From contig JAYTOU010000099.1 of NCBI GenBank assembly GCA_043747615.1, forward strand, positions 1 to 27,270: a stretch of 27,270 bases of DNA, in the 5' to 3' direction. A model generated the notes under the pieces. The model had not been told where the DNA came from and ran no database searches. It saw only the letters and a list, made by a program, of their open reading frames with translations. Origin of the DNA: Myxococcales bacterium (GTDB lineage Bacteria; Myxococcota_A; Polyangia; Polyangiales; Polyangiaceae). A program made the position numbers and the translations under genes. Shown piece after piece: positions 18,446 to 27,270 of this stretch (within the stretch, counting starts at the first letter, position 1; every line of letters begins with the position of its first letter).

Positions 18446-18671
18446 GTCGCAGGATCACGGCGCGGGCGACGAAGCACGACGGAGGTCCGACTTCGGCCAC
18501 GCAACGCACCGCCGACTCAGACTGTGCATCCCTCTCGCTCGTGGCCGCAAGCATCCATCCGTTCAAAGTGATTTACTGAGGGCCGCTTTTGGAGGGCGAG
18601 CGTGGCGCCAGTGTTCGGTGAACTGGCGCAAGACTGCGCCGGTCGTCCGCTACCGTTCGGACGAGGGCCAC

Positions 18672-20081
18672 ATGACAAAACTCCAAGACGGAAAAAAAAC
18701 ATGGCGAACGAGGCATGACAGTCCCTTCGCCGCGGCGAACGGCGCTCGTCCGGAGCACGCACGTCGACGTCTGGGCGGTGCCGCCGGGACGCTGCTCCTC
18801 CTGCTCTCGGCGTGCGCGCCGGACCCGAGCTCGACGGAAGACTTCGAAGAGGCGTCCACCGGAGGAGCGACGTCTGCCCTCGTTGCGTATGACTGCACCA
18901 CGCGCGCCGACACGGGATATCGAAGTGGTACTCCATTCCCGGTCACGGTCGTCACCGTGAACGGACATCCCGTGGAGATCGCCACCGCCGATGCCTTCTT
19001 GACGATGGCGAAGGCGGCGGAGGCCGACGGGATCTTGCTCCGGATCAACAGTGGATTTCGCACGATGGCGGAGCAGCAATATCTCTACAACTGCTACGTG
19101 AGCGGAACATGCAATAACGGAAACCGTGCAGCGGGTCCTGGCTATTCCAATCATCAGAGTGGCCATGCCATTGACTTCAACACCGGCGGAGGCGCACTTG
19201 CTTGGTTGAACGCACACGGTGCGGAGCATGGCTTCAATCGGACGGTGCCCAGCGAAACGTGGCACTGGGAGTGGTGGGGCGGAGGTTCCGTGCAGGCGTT
19301 CTGCCAAGGAAACCCGGGTCCCGCGAGCGCGCCGATCGCCGTGGAGACCGCGTTCCAAGCAAACACGGGTGACCTGTGGACGGTGGGGAGCGCGGGCAAC
19401 ACCGATTGGCACCTCGGAATGAAGGCCGGCACGAGCCCGAGCCTCGCATCCCTGCCGAGCGGGGGATTCGAAGTGGCGTTCCAGGCGAACACGAGTGACT
19501 TGTGGACGGTGGGGAGCGCGGGCAACACCGATTGGCATCTCGGGATGATGGCGGGGACGAGCCCGAGCATCACCGCGCTCGCGGGCGGCGGCTTCGAAGT
19601 GGCGTTCCAAGCGAACACCGGGAGCCTGTGGACCGTAGGAAACGCCGGCAACACCGATTGGCATCTTGGGATGATGACGGGGACGAGCCCGAGCATCACC
19701 GCGCTCGCGGGCGGCGGCTTCGAAGTCGCGTTCCAAGCGAACACCGGGAACTTGTGGACCGTAGGAAACGCGGGCACCTCCGACTGGCGTCTCGGGATGT
19801 TGGGCGGAACCAGCCCGAGCATCGCCGCTCTGCCGACGGGCGGGTTCGAGGCGGCGTTCCAAGCGAACACCGGTGACCTGTGGACCGTGGGAAACGCGGG
19901 AAACACGGACTGGCATCTCGGGATGAGAGGGGGGACGAGCCCGAGCATCGCCGCGCTGCCGAGCGGCGGATTCCAAGTGGCGTTCCAGGCGAACACCAGC
20001 GAGCTGTGGACCGTGGGCAGCGCGGGCAACACCAATTGGCATCTTGGGATGTTGGCGGGGACGAGCCCCGGCGGGCCCTAA
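18672..20081 (+). CDS. D-Ala-D-Ala carboxypeptidase (peptidase M15B/VanY-like) lipoprotein with C-terminal repeat domain
   Basis: Lipobox LSA-C; SGFRT...Q, PGYSNHQSGHAID (S.H......D) and ETWH motifs; six C-terminal repeats. The start position is uncertain. Confidence 0.9.
   Translation: MTKLQDGKKTWRTRHDSPFAAANGARPEHARRRLGGAAGTLLLLLSACAPDPSSTEDFEEASTGGATSALVAYDCTTRADTGYRSGTPFPVTVVTVNGHPVEIATADAFLTMAKAAEADGILLRINSGFRTMAEQQYLYNCYVSGTCNNGNRAAGPGYSNHQSGHAIDFNTGGGALAWLNAHGAEHGFNRTVPSETWHWEWWGGGSVQAFCQGNPGPASAPIAVETAFQANTGDLWTVGSAGNTDWHLGMKAGTSPSLASLPSGGFEVAFQANTSDLWTVGSAGNTDWHLGMMAGTSPSITALAGGGFEVAFQANTGSLWTVGNAGNTDWHLGMMTGTSPSITALAGGGFEVAFQANTGNLWTVGNAGTSDWRLGMLGGTSPSIAALPTGGFEAAFQANTGDLWTVGNAGNTDWHLGMRGGTSPSIAALPSGGFQVAFQANTSELWTVGSAGNTNWHLGMLAGTSPGGP
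19350..20078 (+). repeat. six 126-bp (42-aa) coding tandem repeats, the last one truncated
   Basis: AFQANT..LWTVG.AG...W.LGM..GTSP units start at 19350, 19476, 19602, 19728, 19854 and 19980. Confidence 0.97.
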
Positions 20082-20190
20082 AATCGGCCCTTCAGCGGCA
20101 AAAAATTCTCGTAGCCGACATCAACTTGACTGATCACGGCAAACGAGATCGAGAGGCGCCGCCAAATGCACTCTGGTATCCTACGGTGCG

Positions 20191-21564
20191 GTGCTTCCGA
20201 TTCTTCGTCTCGGGCGCTATGCCCTCTACGGCGCCATCGCTTCGGGGGGGATGGCGACCGTTCATCTCGGGCGGATGCTCGGGGGGGGAGGGTTCAAACG
20301 GACGGTCGCGATCAAGCGCCTGCATCCTCATATCGCCCTTGATCCCGAGTTCAACCAAGGCTTCCTCGACGAAGCGCACCTCGCCGCGCGCATCCGTCAC
20401 ACCAACGTCGTCGCGACGTATGACGTCGTATTCGCCGACAGCGAGCTCTTCTTGGTCATGGAGTACGTGCCCGGCGAGTCGCTCGCGCGGCTTCTGAAGA
20501 GCTCGATCCGCGAAGGACTCACCGTCTCTCCGTCGATCGTTTCGTCGGTCGTGTGCGGCACGTTGCACGGGCTCCACGCTGCGCACGAAGCGACGACGGA
20601 GGCTGGCGAGCCTCTCCACCTCGTGCACCGCGACGTATCTCCGCAGAACATTCTGGTCGGCACCGACGGCATCGCCCGCGTGCTCGACTTCGGAGTCGCC
20701 AAGGCCGTCGGACGGCTTCAGTCGACCCAAGGCGGTCGCCTCAAAGGGAAGCTTTCCTACATGGCGCCGGAGCAGCTCTGCGGAGAACGCGTCGATCGTC
20801 GCACCGACGTCTTCGCCGCTGGCATCGTGCTGTGGGAAGCGCTCACTGGTCGAAAGCTCTTCACTGGCGAGACGGAGGCGGTGACCGTGGGCAACGTCTG
20901 GAACCTGAAGATCCAACGTCCGAGCGCGGTTGGCGCCGCTGTCGACGAGGCAGTAGATGCCGTGGTCATGCGGGCCTTGGAACGCGATCCGACGAGGCGT
21001 TTTTCGAACGCACGACAGATGGCGCTCGCGCTCGAAGCAGCGGTGAGCTTAGCGAGCCCTGCGCAAGTGGAGGCTTGGCTCCTGGAGCTCGCGGGGGATG
21101 CTCTCAAGAAGCGCGCGAGTGAGGTCGCAGAGATCGAAAGTGGAGCGGGCGAAGTCGAAATGCCTGCAGCGGAACTTTGCGAACCAATGCCACCACCCTC
21201 CAGACGTCGTCGCTATGCGGTCTTTGCCGGGGCCGCGCTCCTTCTTTTCGTGGTCGGAGCTTCGTTCGTGCGGAAGGTCGCGGTCGAGGCCCCGACCACA
21301 GAGCTCGCGATGGCTCCGGCCCCTCGAGACCAACCAAGCGTTGCAAAGCCGAGCCCGTCCGCGCCGATCGCGGTTGCCTCGACATCGCCGACGGTGGATG
21401 CGAGCGTGGTCGTCATCAAGGAGCAGCCTTCTCGCCCGAGCGTTAAATTCCACGCAGCCAAGAGCGCGCGACCCCCGTCCCCCACTGGGGACACGAAGGT
21501 CATGGAGTATGTCGGCGCGGACGGTGTTACTCATTTTTGTCGGCCTCCCAACTGCCCCAACTAA
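20191..21564 (+). CDS. Hanks-type Ser/Thr protein kinase with transmembrane helix (module 2)
   Basis: ASGGMA, VAIK, HRDVSPQN, DFG, YMAPE, DVFA; TM helix; Pro-rich linker; C-terminal tail with two Cys. Confidence 0.96.
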   Translation: MLPILRLGRYALYGAIASGGMATVHLGRMLGGGGFKRTVAIKRLHPHIALDPEFNQGFLDEAHLAARIRHTNVVATYDVVFADSELFLVMEYVPGESLARLLKSSIREGLTVSPSIVSSVVCGTLHGLHAAHEATTEAGEPLHLVHRDVSPQNILVGTDGIARVLDFGVAKAVGRLQSTQGGRLKGKLSYMAPEQLCGERVDRRTDVFAAGIVLWEALTGRKLFTGETEAVTVGNVWNLKIQRPSAVGAAVDEAVDAVVMRALERDPTRRFSNARQMALALEAAVSLASPAQVEAWLLELAGDALKKRASEVAEIESGAGEVEMPAAELCEPMPPPSRRRRYAVFAGAALLLFVVGASFVRKVAVEAPTTELAMAPAPRDQPSVAKPSPSAPIAVASTSPTVDASVVVIKEQPSRPSVKFHAAKSARPPSPTGDTKVMEYVGADGVTHFCRPPNCPN

Positions 21565-22383
21565 ATGCCTCCTCTCCGAATGCGCTTCCTTCCCGCCATC
21601 TTGACGCTCCTCGCCGCTCTCCTCAGCGGACGCGCCGCACGTGGAGCGCCGGGCGACGACGCGTGCTTTTTGTCGGCGGTCGAAGGCCAGCGAGAGCGCA
21701 ACGAGGGACACCTCTCGAGAGCCAAGGCCGAGTTCGCGACGTGCGCAAATCCAAGCTGCGACGCCAAAGTACTCCAACGCTGCGTAACGTGGCTCGCCGA
21801 GGTTGCGGAGGCCATGCCGACGATCGTCATCGGGGCTCAAGACTCTCAGGGGCGGGACCTCATCGAGATCGCCGTTTTCGTGGACGGTGCGCGCGTCGAC
21901 TCGGCGCGCGATGGTATGGCGGTCCCGGTGGATCCAGGGCCTCATGTGGTGCGCATCGTCCAGGCGGGGAAAGCGCCCGTGGAGCAGCGGGTGATCGTTC
22001 GCGAGCACGAAAAAGCGCGTCCGGTGCGCGTCGTTATTTCCTCCGACCCACCCGAAGCTCGCACTGCGACGCGACCCATCCCGTCGATTGTCTACGCACT
22101 CGGAGGCGTGGCGATCGCGGCAGCCGGAGTCTCGACCTACTTCGCGATCAGCGGTTTGAACGATCGCTCGTCGTTCGGATGCAGCAGCGGATGCAGTCCT
22201 TCCGAGGCAACGCGGGTATCGCGCGAGCTCCTCGCAACCGATCTCTCCGGGATCGTCGCTCTTACCGCCCTCGGCGTGGCTACGTGGATTTACGTGGCCG
22301 ACCGACGGGGCGCGAGGGGCGTCACGCTCTCTGCGGGGGCCGGAGATCATGGGGCACGCGCGCTCGTAACCGCCCGATTCTAA
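21565..22383 (+). CDS. secreted Cys-rich PEGA-like protein (module 2)
   Basis: Paralog of 10268-11137 (GQR.R..G.LS.A...F..C....C.......C..W, VDPGPH, VRE.EKARPV); terminal Phe. Confidence 0.85.
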   Translation: MPPLRMRFLPAILTLLAALLSGRAARGAPGDDACFLSAVEGQRERNEGHLSRAKAEFATCANPSCDAKVLQRCVTWLAEVAEAMPTIVIGAQDSQGRDLIEIAVFVDGARVDSARDGMAVPVDPGPHVVRIVQAGKAPVEQRVIVREHEKARPVRVVISSDPPEARTATRPIPSIVYALGGVAIAAAGVSTYFAISGLNDRSSFGCSSGCSPSEATRVSRELLATDLSGIVALTALGVATWIYVADRRGARGVTLSAGAGDHGARALVTARF

Positions 22384-23738
22384 CCGCGCTGACGAACGAG
22401 GAGCACGTTGAAGTACCGTCGCGCAATTCCCGATGCTGCCGCGGCGCGCGCGACGTTGCCACCGTGCTTGAGGAGCACCCCTTCCACGTAGCGCCGGTCG
22501 AATTCCTGTACGAGTCTTTGCCGCGCGAGCGTGAGGGGGAGACCAAGCTCGAGCACTTCGGCAATCGGGTCGCGGGCCGACGGCGTCTCCGCGTTGGATG
22601 AGCCGGGAAGCACTTCGTCCCCGAGCGCAAAATACCGAGTGACGGCGTTGGCAAGCTCGCGAAGATTCCCCGGCCACGCGTAGCGCTCGAATCGTTCGAG
22701 GACTTCGTACGGTATGGAGTCCGGATCGACCCCCAAGAGCTGTGCGAAGTGACGGGCGAGAAGCACGACATCGCCATGACGTTGCCGCAGAGGCGGCAGC
22801 TCGAGACGCGCCACGGCGACGCGAAAGAAGAGATCGTCGCGAAAGCGCCCGTCCTGAACCTCGCGATCCAGATCGCGCCGTGTTGCCGCAATGACCCGGG
22901 CGTCCACTTTGATCCATCGGTCACCGCCCACCCGACGGACCTCGGAACGCTCGAGAGCGCGAAGGAGCTTGGGCTGCAAGGACAGCTCGAGATCGCCGAT
23001 CTCGTCGATGAGCAGGGTTCCGCCGTGAGCCTGCTCGAAGACGCCTTTGCGCGTGGCGACCGCGCCGGTGAAGGCTCCCCGCTCGTGCCCAAAGAGCTCG
23101 GACTCGAGAAGGCTCGGAGGGACCGCGGTGCAGTCGAACACCACGAACGGGCCAGCCGCGCGTGGGCTTGCCTCGTGGAGCGCTTCGGCGAGCACTTCTT
23201 TCCCGGTGCCTGTCTCTCCTTCGAGAAGGACGGGAACGTTCGAGGCGGCGAGCCTCTCACAACGTGGGTAGAGGACACGCATTGCAGTGCTCGAGCCGAC
23301 GACGCGCCCAAAATTCGACGCCTTGGGAACTCGCACCTGTGCGTCACGATCGACGACGTCGAGCCGGAGCGCCGTCTCGCCCATGCGAATCACCTCGCCG
23401 CCAACGAGGTAGACCTCTACGACGCGGACACCGTTGACGAACGTTCCGTTGGCCGAGTCGAGGTCGGCGAGACGCAGCGCGCCGTTGCTCGTGTCGAATG
23501 CCGCGTGTCGGCGCGAGACCTGTCGATCCGTGAGACAAACGTGGCAGGCCGCGCTCTTCCCAACGAACGCCCGCGTAGCCTCGGCAGCGCCACCGAGATC
23601 GAAACCCTGCCCGTTGTCGATGCCTTCGACGACCACGAGTCGATAGGTCGCCGCACGGATCGCAGAGTTGTCCACGGGCGACCGCACGATGGTCGATAGC
23701 TCACCTGCGCCGAGGTGGTCTCCGTCGCGCTTCTCCAT
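22380..23738 (-). CDS. FHA-domain sigma54-dependent enhancer-binding protein (module 2)
   Basis: FHA (GKS...VSRRH...DLDSANG), GETGTGKE, ESELFGHERGAFTGA, LIDE, WPGNLREL, HTH. TACACT lies 7 nt before ATG 23738. Confidence 0.96.
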   Translation of the reverse strand: MEKRDGDHLGAGELSTIVRSPVDNSAIRAATYRLVVVEGIDNGQGFDLGGAAEATRAFVGKSAACHVCLTDRQVSRRHAAFDTSNGALRLADLDSANGTFVNGVRVVEVYLVGGEVIRMGETALRLDVVDRDAQVRVPKASNFGRVVGSSTAMRVLYPRCERLAASNVPVLLEGETGTGKEVLAEALHEASPRAAGPFVVFDCTAVPPSLLESELFGHERGAFTGAVATRKGVFEQAHGGTLLIDEIGDLELSLQPKLLRALERSEVRRVGGDRWIKVDARVIAATRRDLDREVQDGRFRDDLFFRVAVARLELPPLRQRHGDVVLLARHFAQLLGVDPDSIPYEVLERFERYAWPGNLRELANAVTRYFALGDEVLPGSSNAETPSARDPIAEVLELGLPLTLARQRLVQEFDRRYVEGVLLKHGGNVARAAAASGIARRYFNVLLVRQRG

Positions 23739-23814
23739 TCGCGAAAGTGTAATCGACCTTTGCAAATTTCGCCCGGGATGGACAAGCGCAGAGCGGGCGT
23801 GAGAGCTTCTTCCC

Positions 23815-24648
23815 GTGCAGTGCGTCGAGGCAGGAAAACGGTTGACCACGCTTCTCGCCGGTGGATTGGTCGGTTGTTCGCTCGCATTCCCGGTGCACGA
23901 ACGGGCCGGCGACAACGGAGGGCCGAGCGTACTCGACGGCGCTCCTTCACCCGATTCCGACGGGCCCACGCGAACCTACCGCGACGAAGTCCTTGCTGAC
24001 GCGCCTTCGGTCTATCTGCGCTTCGGCGAAAAGGGCGGGACGATGGCCGCCGACGAAGTGCACGCGTTTGCCGGAGCGTATCCGGGGGCTGGAGTGACCT
24101 ATGGCGTCCCCGGAGCCATCGCAGGAGATGCAGACACCGCGATTGCGTTCGACGGGACGTCGGGAGTGGCGATGCCACCGGGGCTGGATTTCGAAGGCCA
24201 AGCGAAGTTCAGTATCGAGCTTTGGGCAAAGCAGACTGCTTATCTCAACTACGGCAACACCGTCGATCATGGGACCTACGCGTCGCGAAGCGGATGGACC
24301 GTTCGAGCGGGGTTCGACGGTTACGGCATTGAGCGCTGGAGTAACGGTGCGACGGGGGGTTCGACGGCGATCGCGCCGAGTCCGCTCGCGCTAGGGACCT
24401 TCCACCATCTCGTCGGCACCTTCGATGGCGCGATTCTGCGGGTGTACCTCGACGGCGCGCTCGTGACGACCGGCAGCACCTCGACGACCTCGCTCATGAG
24501 CATGGCGACGGGCTGGATGATCGGCATGCAGAACTGCGCGTGCAGCGGACAAGCCTTCGTGGGCGCGCTCGACGAGGTCGCCGTCTATCCGATTGCCCTC
24601 GGTAAGGATCGCATCCTCACCCACTACCGCGTCGGTAGCGGAACCTAA
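23815..24648 (+). CDS. LamG/concanavalin-like domain lipoprotein (module 2)
   Basis: Lipobox LVG-C; Y...VLAD.P..Y.RFGE, FSIELW, FHHLVGTFDG..LRVYLDG, F.GALDEVAVY. Confidence 0.9.
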   Translation: MQCVEAGKRLTTLLAGGLVGCSLAFPVHERAGDNGGPSVLDGAPSPDSDGPTRTYRDEVLADAPSVYLRFGEKGGTMAADEVHAFAGAYPGAGVTYGVPGAIAGDADTAIAFDGTSGVAMPPGLDFEGQAKFSIELWAKQTAYLNYGNTVDHGTYASRSGWTVRAGFDGYGIERWSNGATGGSTAIAPSPLALGTFHHLVGTFDGAILRVYLDGALVTTGSTSTTSLMSMATGWMIGMQNCACSGQAFVGALDEVAVYPIALGKDRILTHYRVGSGT

Positions 24649-24672
24649 GTTTCGGCGACCGTCACGCCGCGC

Positions 24673-24721
24673 GGCCCTTGATCTGGGAGATCAGGCCCTT
24701 GATCTCGCAGATCATCCCTTG
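24673..24721. promoter_or_regulatory. putative enhancer: 21-bp tandem repeat containing palindromes
   Basis: GGCCCTTGATCTGGGAGATCA / GGCCCTTGATCTCGCAGATCA / TCCCTTG; each full unit contains TGATCT-N3-AGATCA. Confidence 0.75.
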
Positions 24722-24768
24722 GCGCGGACCAAGGAGGTAAAATCGCCCTATTTTCAAGGGTCGAAGAG

Positions 24769-24784
24769 CAGCACGCATCTTGCT
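24769..24784 (+). promoter_or_regulatory. sigma54-like promoter (AG in place of GG at -24)
   Basis: CAGCACG-CATC-TTGCT, upstream of AGGAGG and ATG 24833. Confidence 0.55.
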
Positions 24785-24832
24785 GTAGTGAGATTTGCCC
24801 TTTCATTGGACGGCACGCCTAGGAGGCATCTC

Positions 24833-26413
24833 ATGAATCAGAAAGCTACGTCGCGCGGATTCCGGGTCTTACGAGCAGGCGTTGTTGGCGTCCTTGCAGC
24901 GTCCGTCGGGTGCAGCGTTGCGTCGTCGGAAGGCTCCGCCGAGAGTGACCTTGCGGCCGTCGCTCTCGGTGCGGGCGAGCAAACCATCTTCGGCAATGGT
25001 CCCGCGCCGACCCATCCTTCGGATGCTGACGGTTCGGCCGTCGAGCTTGGTCTGAAGTTCCGATCGTCGGCGACCGGATCCGTGACCGGCGTGCGCTTCT
25101 ACAAGGGATCCGGCAACGGCGGCGTGCACCTCGGTCACCTGTGGAAGGCGGACGGATCGCGACTGGCGAGCGTCACCTTCAGCGCAGAGACCTCCTCGGG
25201 TTGGCAGACGATGCACTTCCCGTCGCCTATCGCAATTTCGGCTAATACCACTTACGTCGTCAGCTACTACGCACCGCAGGGCCATTATGCGGGCGATGAC
25301 AATGGGATGACGACGGCGCACACCGCCGCTCCGCTCACGGCATTAGCCGATGGCACGGACGGGCCCAACGATGTCTACCGGTACGGAGCGAGCGGATTTC
25401 CCACAAGCACTTATGCCGCCACCAACTACTACGTCGATGTCGTCTTCCGCGCGGACGCCCCGATGGACGCTGGCGGTACGGACGCGGGCAAAGGAACGAT
25501 GGACTCGGGCAGCACGAGCGAGGCGGGGGTCACGGTCGACGCTGGTAGTGGCGTTCCATGCGCGCTGAATGCCGGCGCCGAGAGCTGCTGGGCCGCGCAT
25601 ACCGGAGTTCCGGGCTACACGGAGGCCCAGATCCTCGCGGGCATGTCGAACCTGACGCACAAAACGGGCGACCTCACCATTACGCAGGACGGGACCGTCA
25701 TCGACGGCGTGTGGCTCGACGGGTGCATCGCCGTGCGCGCCAACAACGTCACGATCAAGCGCTCGCTCATTCGTTCGCAGGGCGGCTGCCAGGGTGGGAA
25801 CGGGCAAGCCTCCGCGAGCGCCGTCAACTCGGGAAACAGCGCAGCGAACGGTCAAGGCATCACCGGGCTCGTCATCCAGGACACCGAAGTCGACGGCATG
25901 AATCCGAGCTTCGACTCCGCCGGAATCGGCGCGTCTGACTACAGGTGCACCCGCTGCAACGTGCACGGCTTCCACAAGAATTTCTGGCTCTTGAACAATG
26001 CGGCGATCGTCGACAGCTATTCACACGACTTGGCCAGCCCCAACCCGAGCTGCATCCACGCCGAAACCGTGAACGCGGACTCGGCCACGAACGTGTCCGT
26101 CGTGCACTCCTTCTTGAAGGCCAGCGGTGCCGATGGTTGTGTGACCGGCGCGCTAATGAATGGTGGAAGCTGGGGACCGGGGAGCAACGTCACCATCGAC
26201 CGCAACTACCTCGAAGGGACCGCCGGCGCCGACGCGGTCGGAGCCTGCGGCGCTACCCAGATCTCGTACACGAACAACGCCTTCTCTAATAACAACGGAT
26301 ACAGCGGGACCCTGTTCATCTACGGCTTCAACAAGAGTGGAGCGGGGAATGTCTGGAGTGGCAACTTCATTCCCGAGACGGGCGCCGCGATGGGCGCGCC
26401 CGGCGGATGCTAA
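24833..26413 (+). CDS. lipoprotein with DUF4082 domain and right-handed beta-helix domain
   Basis: AGGAGG RBS; lipobox SVG-C; D..AVELGLKFRS...G.VTGVRFYKG, SGWQ, NYYVDVVF (DUF4082); C-terminal DGTVIDG...ANNVTIKRSLI beta-helix repeats. Confidence 0.9.
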   Translation: MNQKATSRGFRVLRAGVVGVLAASVGCSVASSEGSAESDLAAVALGAGEQTIFGNGPAPTHPSDADGSAVELGLKFRSSATGSVTGVRFYKGSGNGGVHLGHLWKADGSRLASVTFSAETSSGWQTMHFPSPIAISANTTYVVSYYAPQGHYAGDDNGMTTAHTAAPLTALADGTDGPNDVYRYGASGFPTSTYAATNYYVDVVFRADAPMDAGGTDAGKGTMDSGSTSEAGVTVDAGSGVPCALNAGAESCWAAHTGVPGYTEAQILAGMSNLTHKTGDLTITQDGTVIDGVWLDGCIAVRANNVTIKRSLIRSQGGCQGGNGQASASAVNSGNSAANGQGITGLVIQDTEVDGMNPSFDSAGIGASDYRCTRCNVHGFHKNFWLLNNAAIVDSYSHDLASPNPSCIHAETVNADSATNVSVVHSFLKASGADGCVTGALMNGGSWGPGSNVTIDRNYLEGTAGADAVGACGATQISYTNNAFSNNNGYSGTLFIYGFNKSGAGNVWSGNFIPETGAAMGAPGGC

Positions 26414-26528
26414 CAGGTACGCAGAGCCCGCTTCGTGTCCAGCGTGCATCAACTGACGGGGTTACGTCCTTGGACGGCGGTCGGTCAGGTTGAAAGCGGC
26501 AATGAAACCGTCGGGAGTGCGGGATCGT

Positions 26529-27270
26529 TCAGTCGAGGCAAACCCAGAAGCCGTTGCTCTCGAAGACACGACCGAGGGGTTTGCCCGCCGCGCAGGTATC
26601 CCAACCAGCCGGGCCGAGGGACGTCGCAGCGCCGTTCTGCACGCGGTATTGCGTGCCGGCATCGCCCACCACGTTGCCGACGTAGAACGTCCGCGCGGCG
26701 AGATCTTGTCGCGCGCAGATCCAGAAGCCGTTGCTCTGAAAATCATGGCCTGCGAGCGTGTAGCCGGCGGGACAATCGTCCCAGCCCGCGGCGCGTAGCC
26801 CCTGGGCGCCGAAGGCCGCGTCGAGCACGTGGAGCGATCCTACATCGGCACGCACCGTTCCCACGAACGCCTCCGCGCCGGGCGCGCCCTTCGGAAGCGG
26901 GCCGCGCAGGTGCAAGAGAGCGCCGTCCCCCGCGGCGAGCGTGACGTGCAGCTTCGCACCCTTCACGGGATCGGTGCCGAGGACGGTGGCCTTCGCGAAC
27001 TGACCCGTGGCGACGTCCAAGAGCTCCGGTGTCCCGTCGCTGCTCGCCGCGTAGACGTCGGTCTCTGTCGCTGCGCCATAATTTCGATTCACGAGAAGGG
27101 CGTACGTCTCATTTCCGGTTGCGAAGAGTCCCACGGTCAACGGAGCACCGCTCGGCACGTAGATGGGCGCACCCGGAGCGCGTGGCAGTGCTGCCGAGGC
27201 GAGCGCGCCGTTGTGGAACACGCCCGTGGACGTGGCGGGTACGAGGTATTTCCCGATGGCGGCGAGCGTC
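26529..27270 (-). CDS. 3' part of a protein entering from the right edge, with a duplicated C-terminal Cys/Trp module (partial)
   Basis: The frame is open to the edge (TLAAIGKYLVP...). Two copies of VG.V..D.G...AGWD.C...F.SNGFW.C. Confidence 0.8.
   Translation of the reverse strand, partial: TLAAIGKYLVPATSTGVFHNGALASAALPRAPGAPIYVPSGAPLTVGLFATGNETYALLVNRNYGAATETDVYAASSDGTPELLDVATGQFAKATVLGTDPVKGAKLHVTLAAGDGALLHLRGPLPKGAPGAEAFVGTVRADVGSLHVLDAAFGAQGLRAAGWDDCPAGYTLAGHDFQSNGFWICARQDLAARTFYVGNVVGDAGTQYRVQNGAATSLGPAGWDTCAAGKPLGRVFESNGFWVCLD

Noticed and set aside
18600..18730. sigma54 promoter for the carboxypeptidase gene
   Set aside because: Candidates have GG-N9-GC spacing or lack the -12 GC.
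19350..20078. CRISPR-like array
   Set aside because: These are in-frame 126-bp coding repeats with no unique spacers and no cas genes.
24673..24721. Mini-CRISPR or terminator
   Set aside because: The 21-bp units are adjacent with no spacers and no U tract. The position fits an enhancer better.

Overview
GC-rich bacterial DNA whose gene content points to a myxobacterium (Polyangiales/Labilithrix-like); this is an inference. The main structure is a five-part module present twice in diverged form (about 8.9-15.8 kb and 20.2-26.4 kb). Each copy has a membrane Ser/Thr kinase, a secreted Cys-rich PEGA-like protein, a convergent FHA-domain sigma54 enhancer-binding protein, a divergent lectin-like lipoprotein, and a large secreted glycan-binding/lytic lipoprotein. 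Each of these last genes has a sigma54 -24/-12 promoter and two 15-bp palindromes 21 bp apart. Other intact genes encode several lipoproteins, a PhyH-type dioxygenase, a TonB-C-like protein, an M15B D,D-carboxypeptidase with six 42-aa repeats, and a SUKH-like/Tudor fusion. The spaces between them hold many truncated, fused or locally duplicated gene fragments. Several single-base frameshifts look like sequencing errors. I recognised no rRNA, tRNA, CRISPR array, transposase or integrase.
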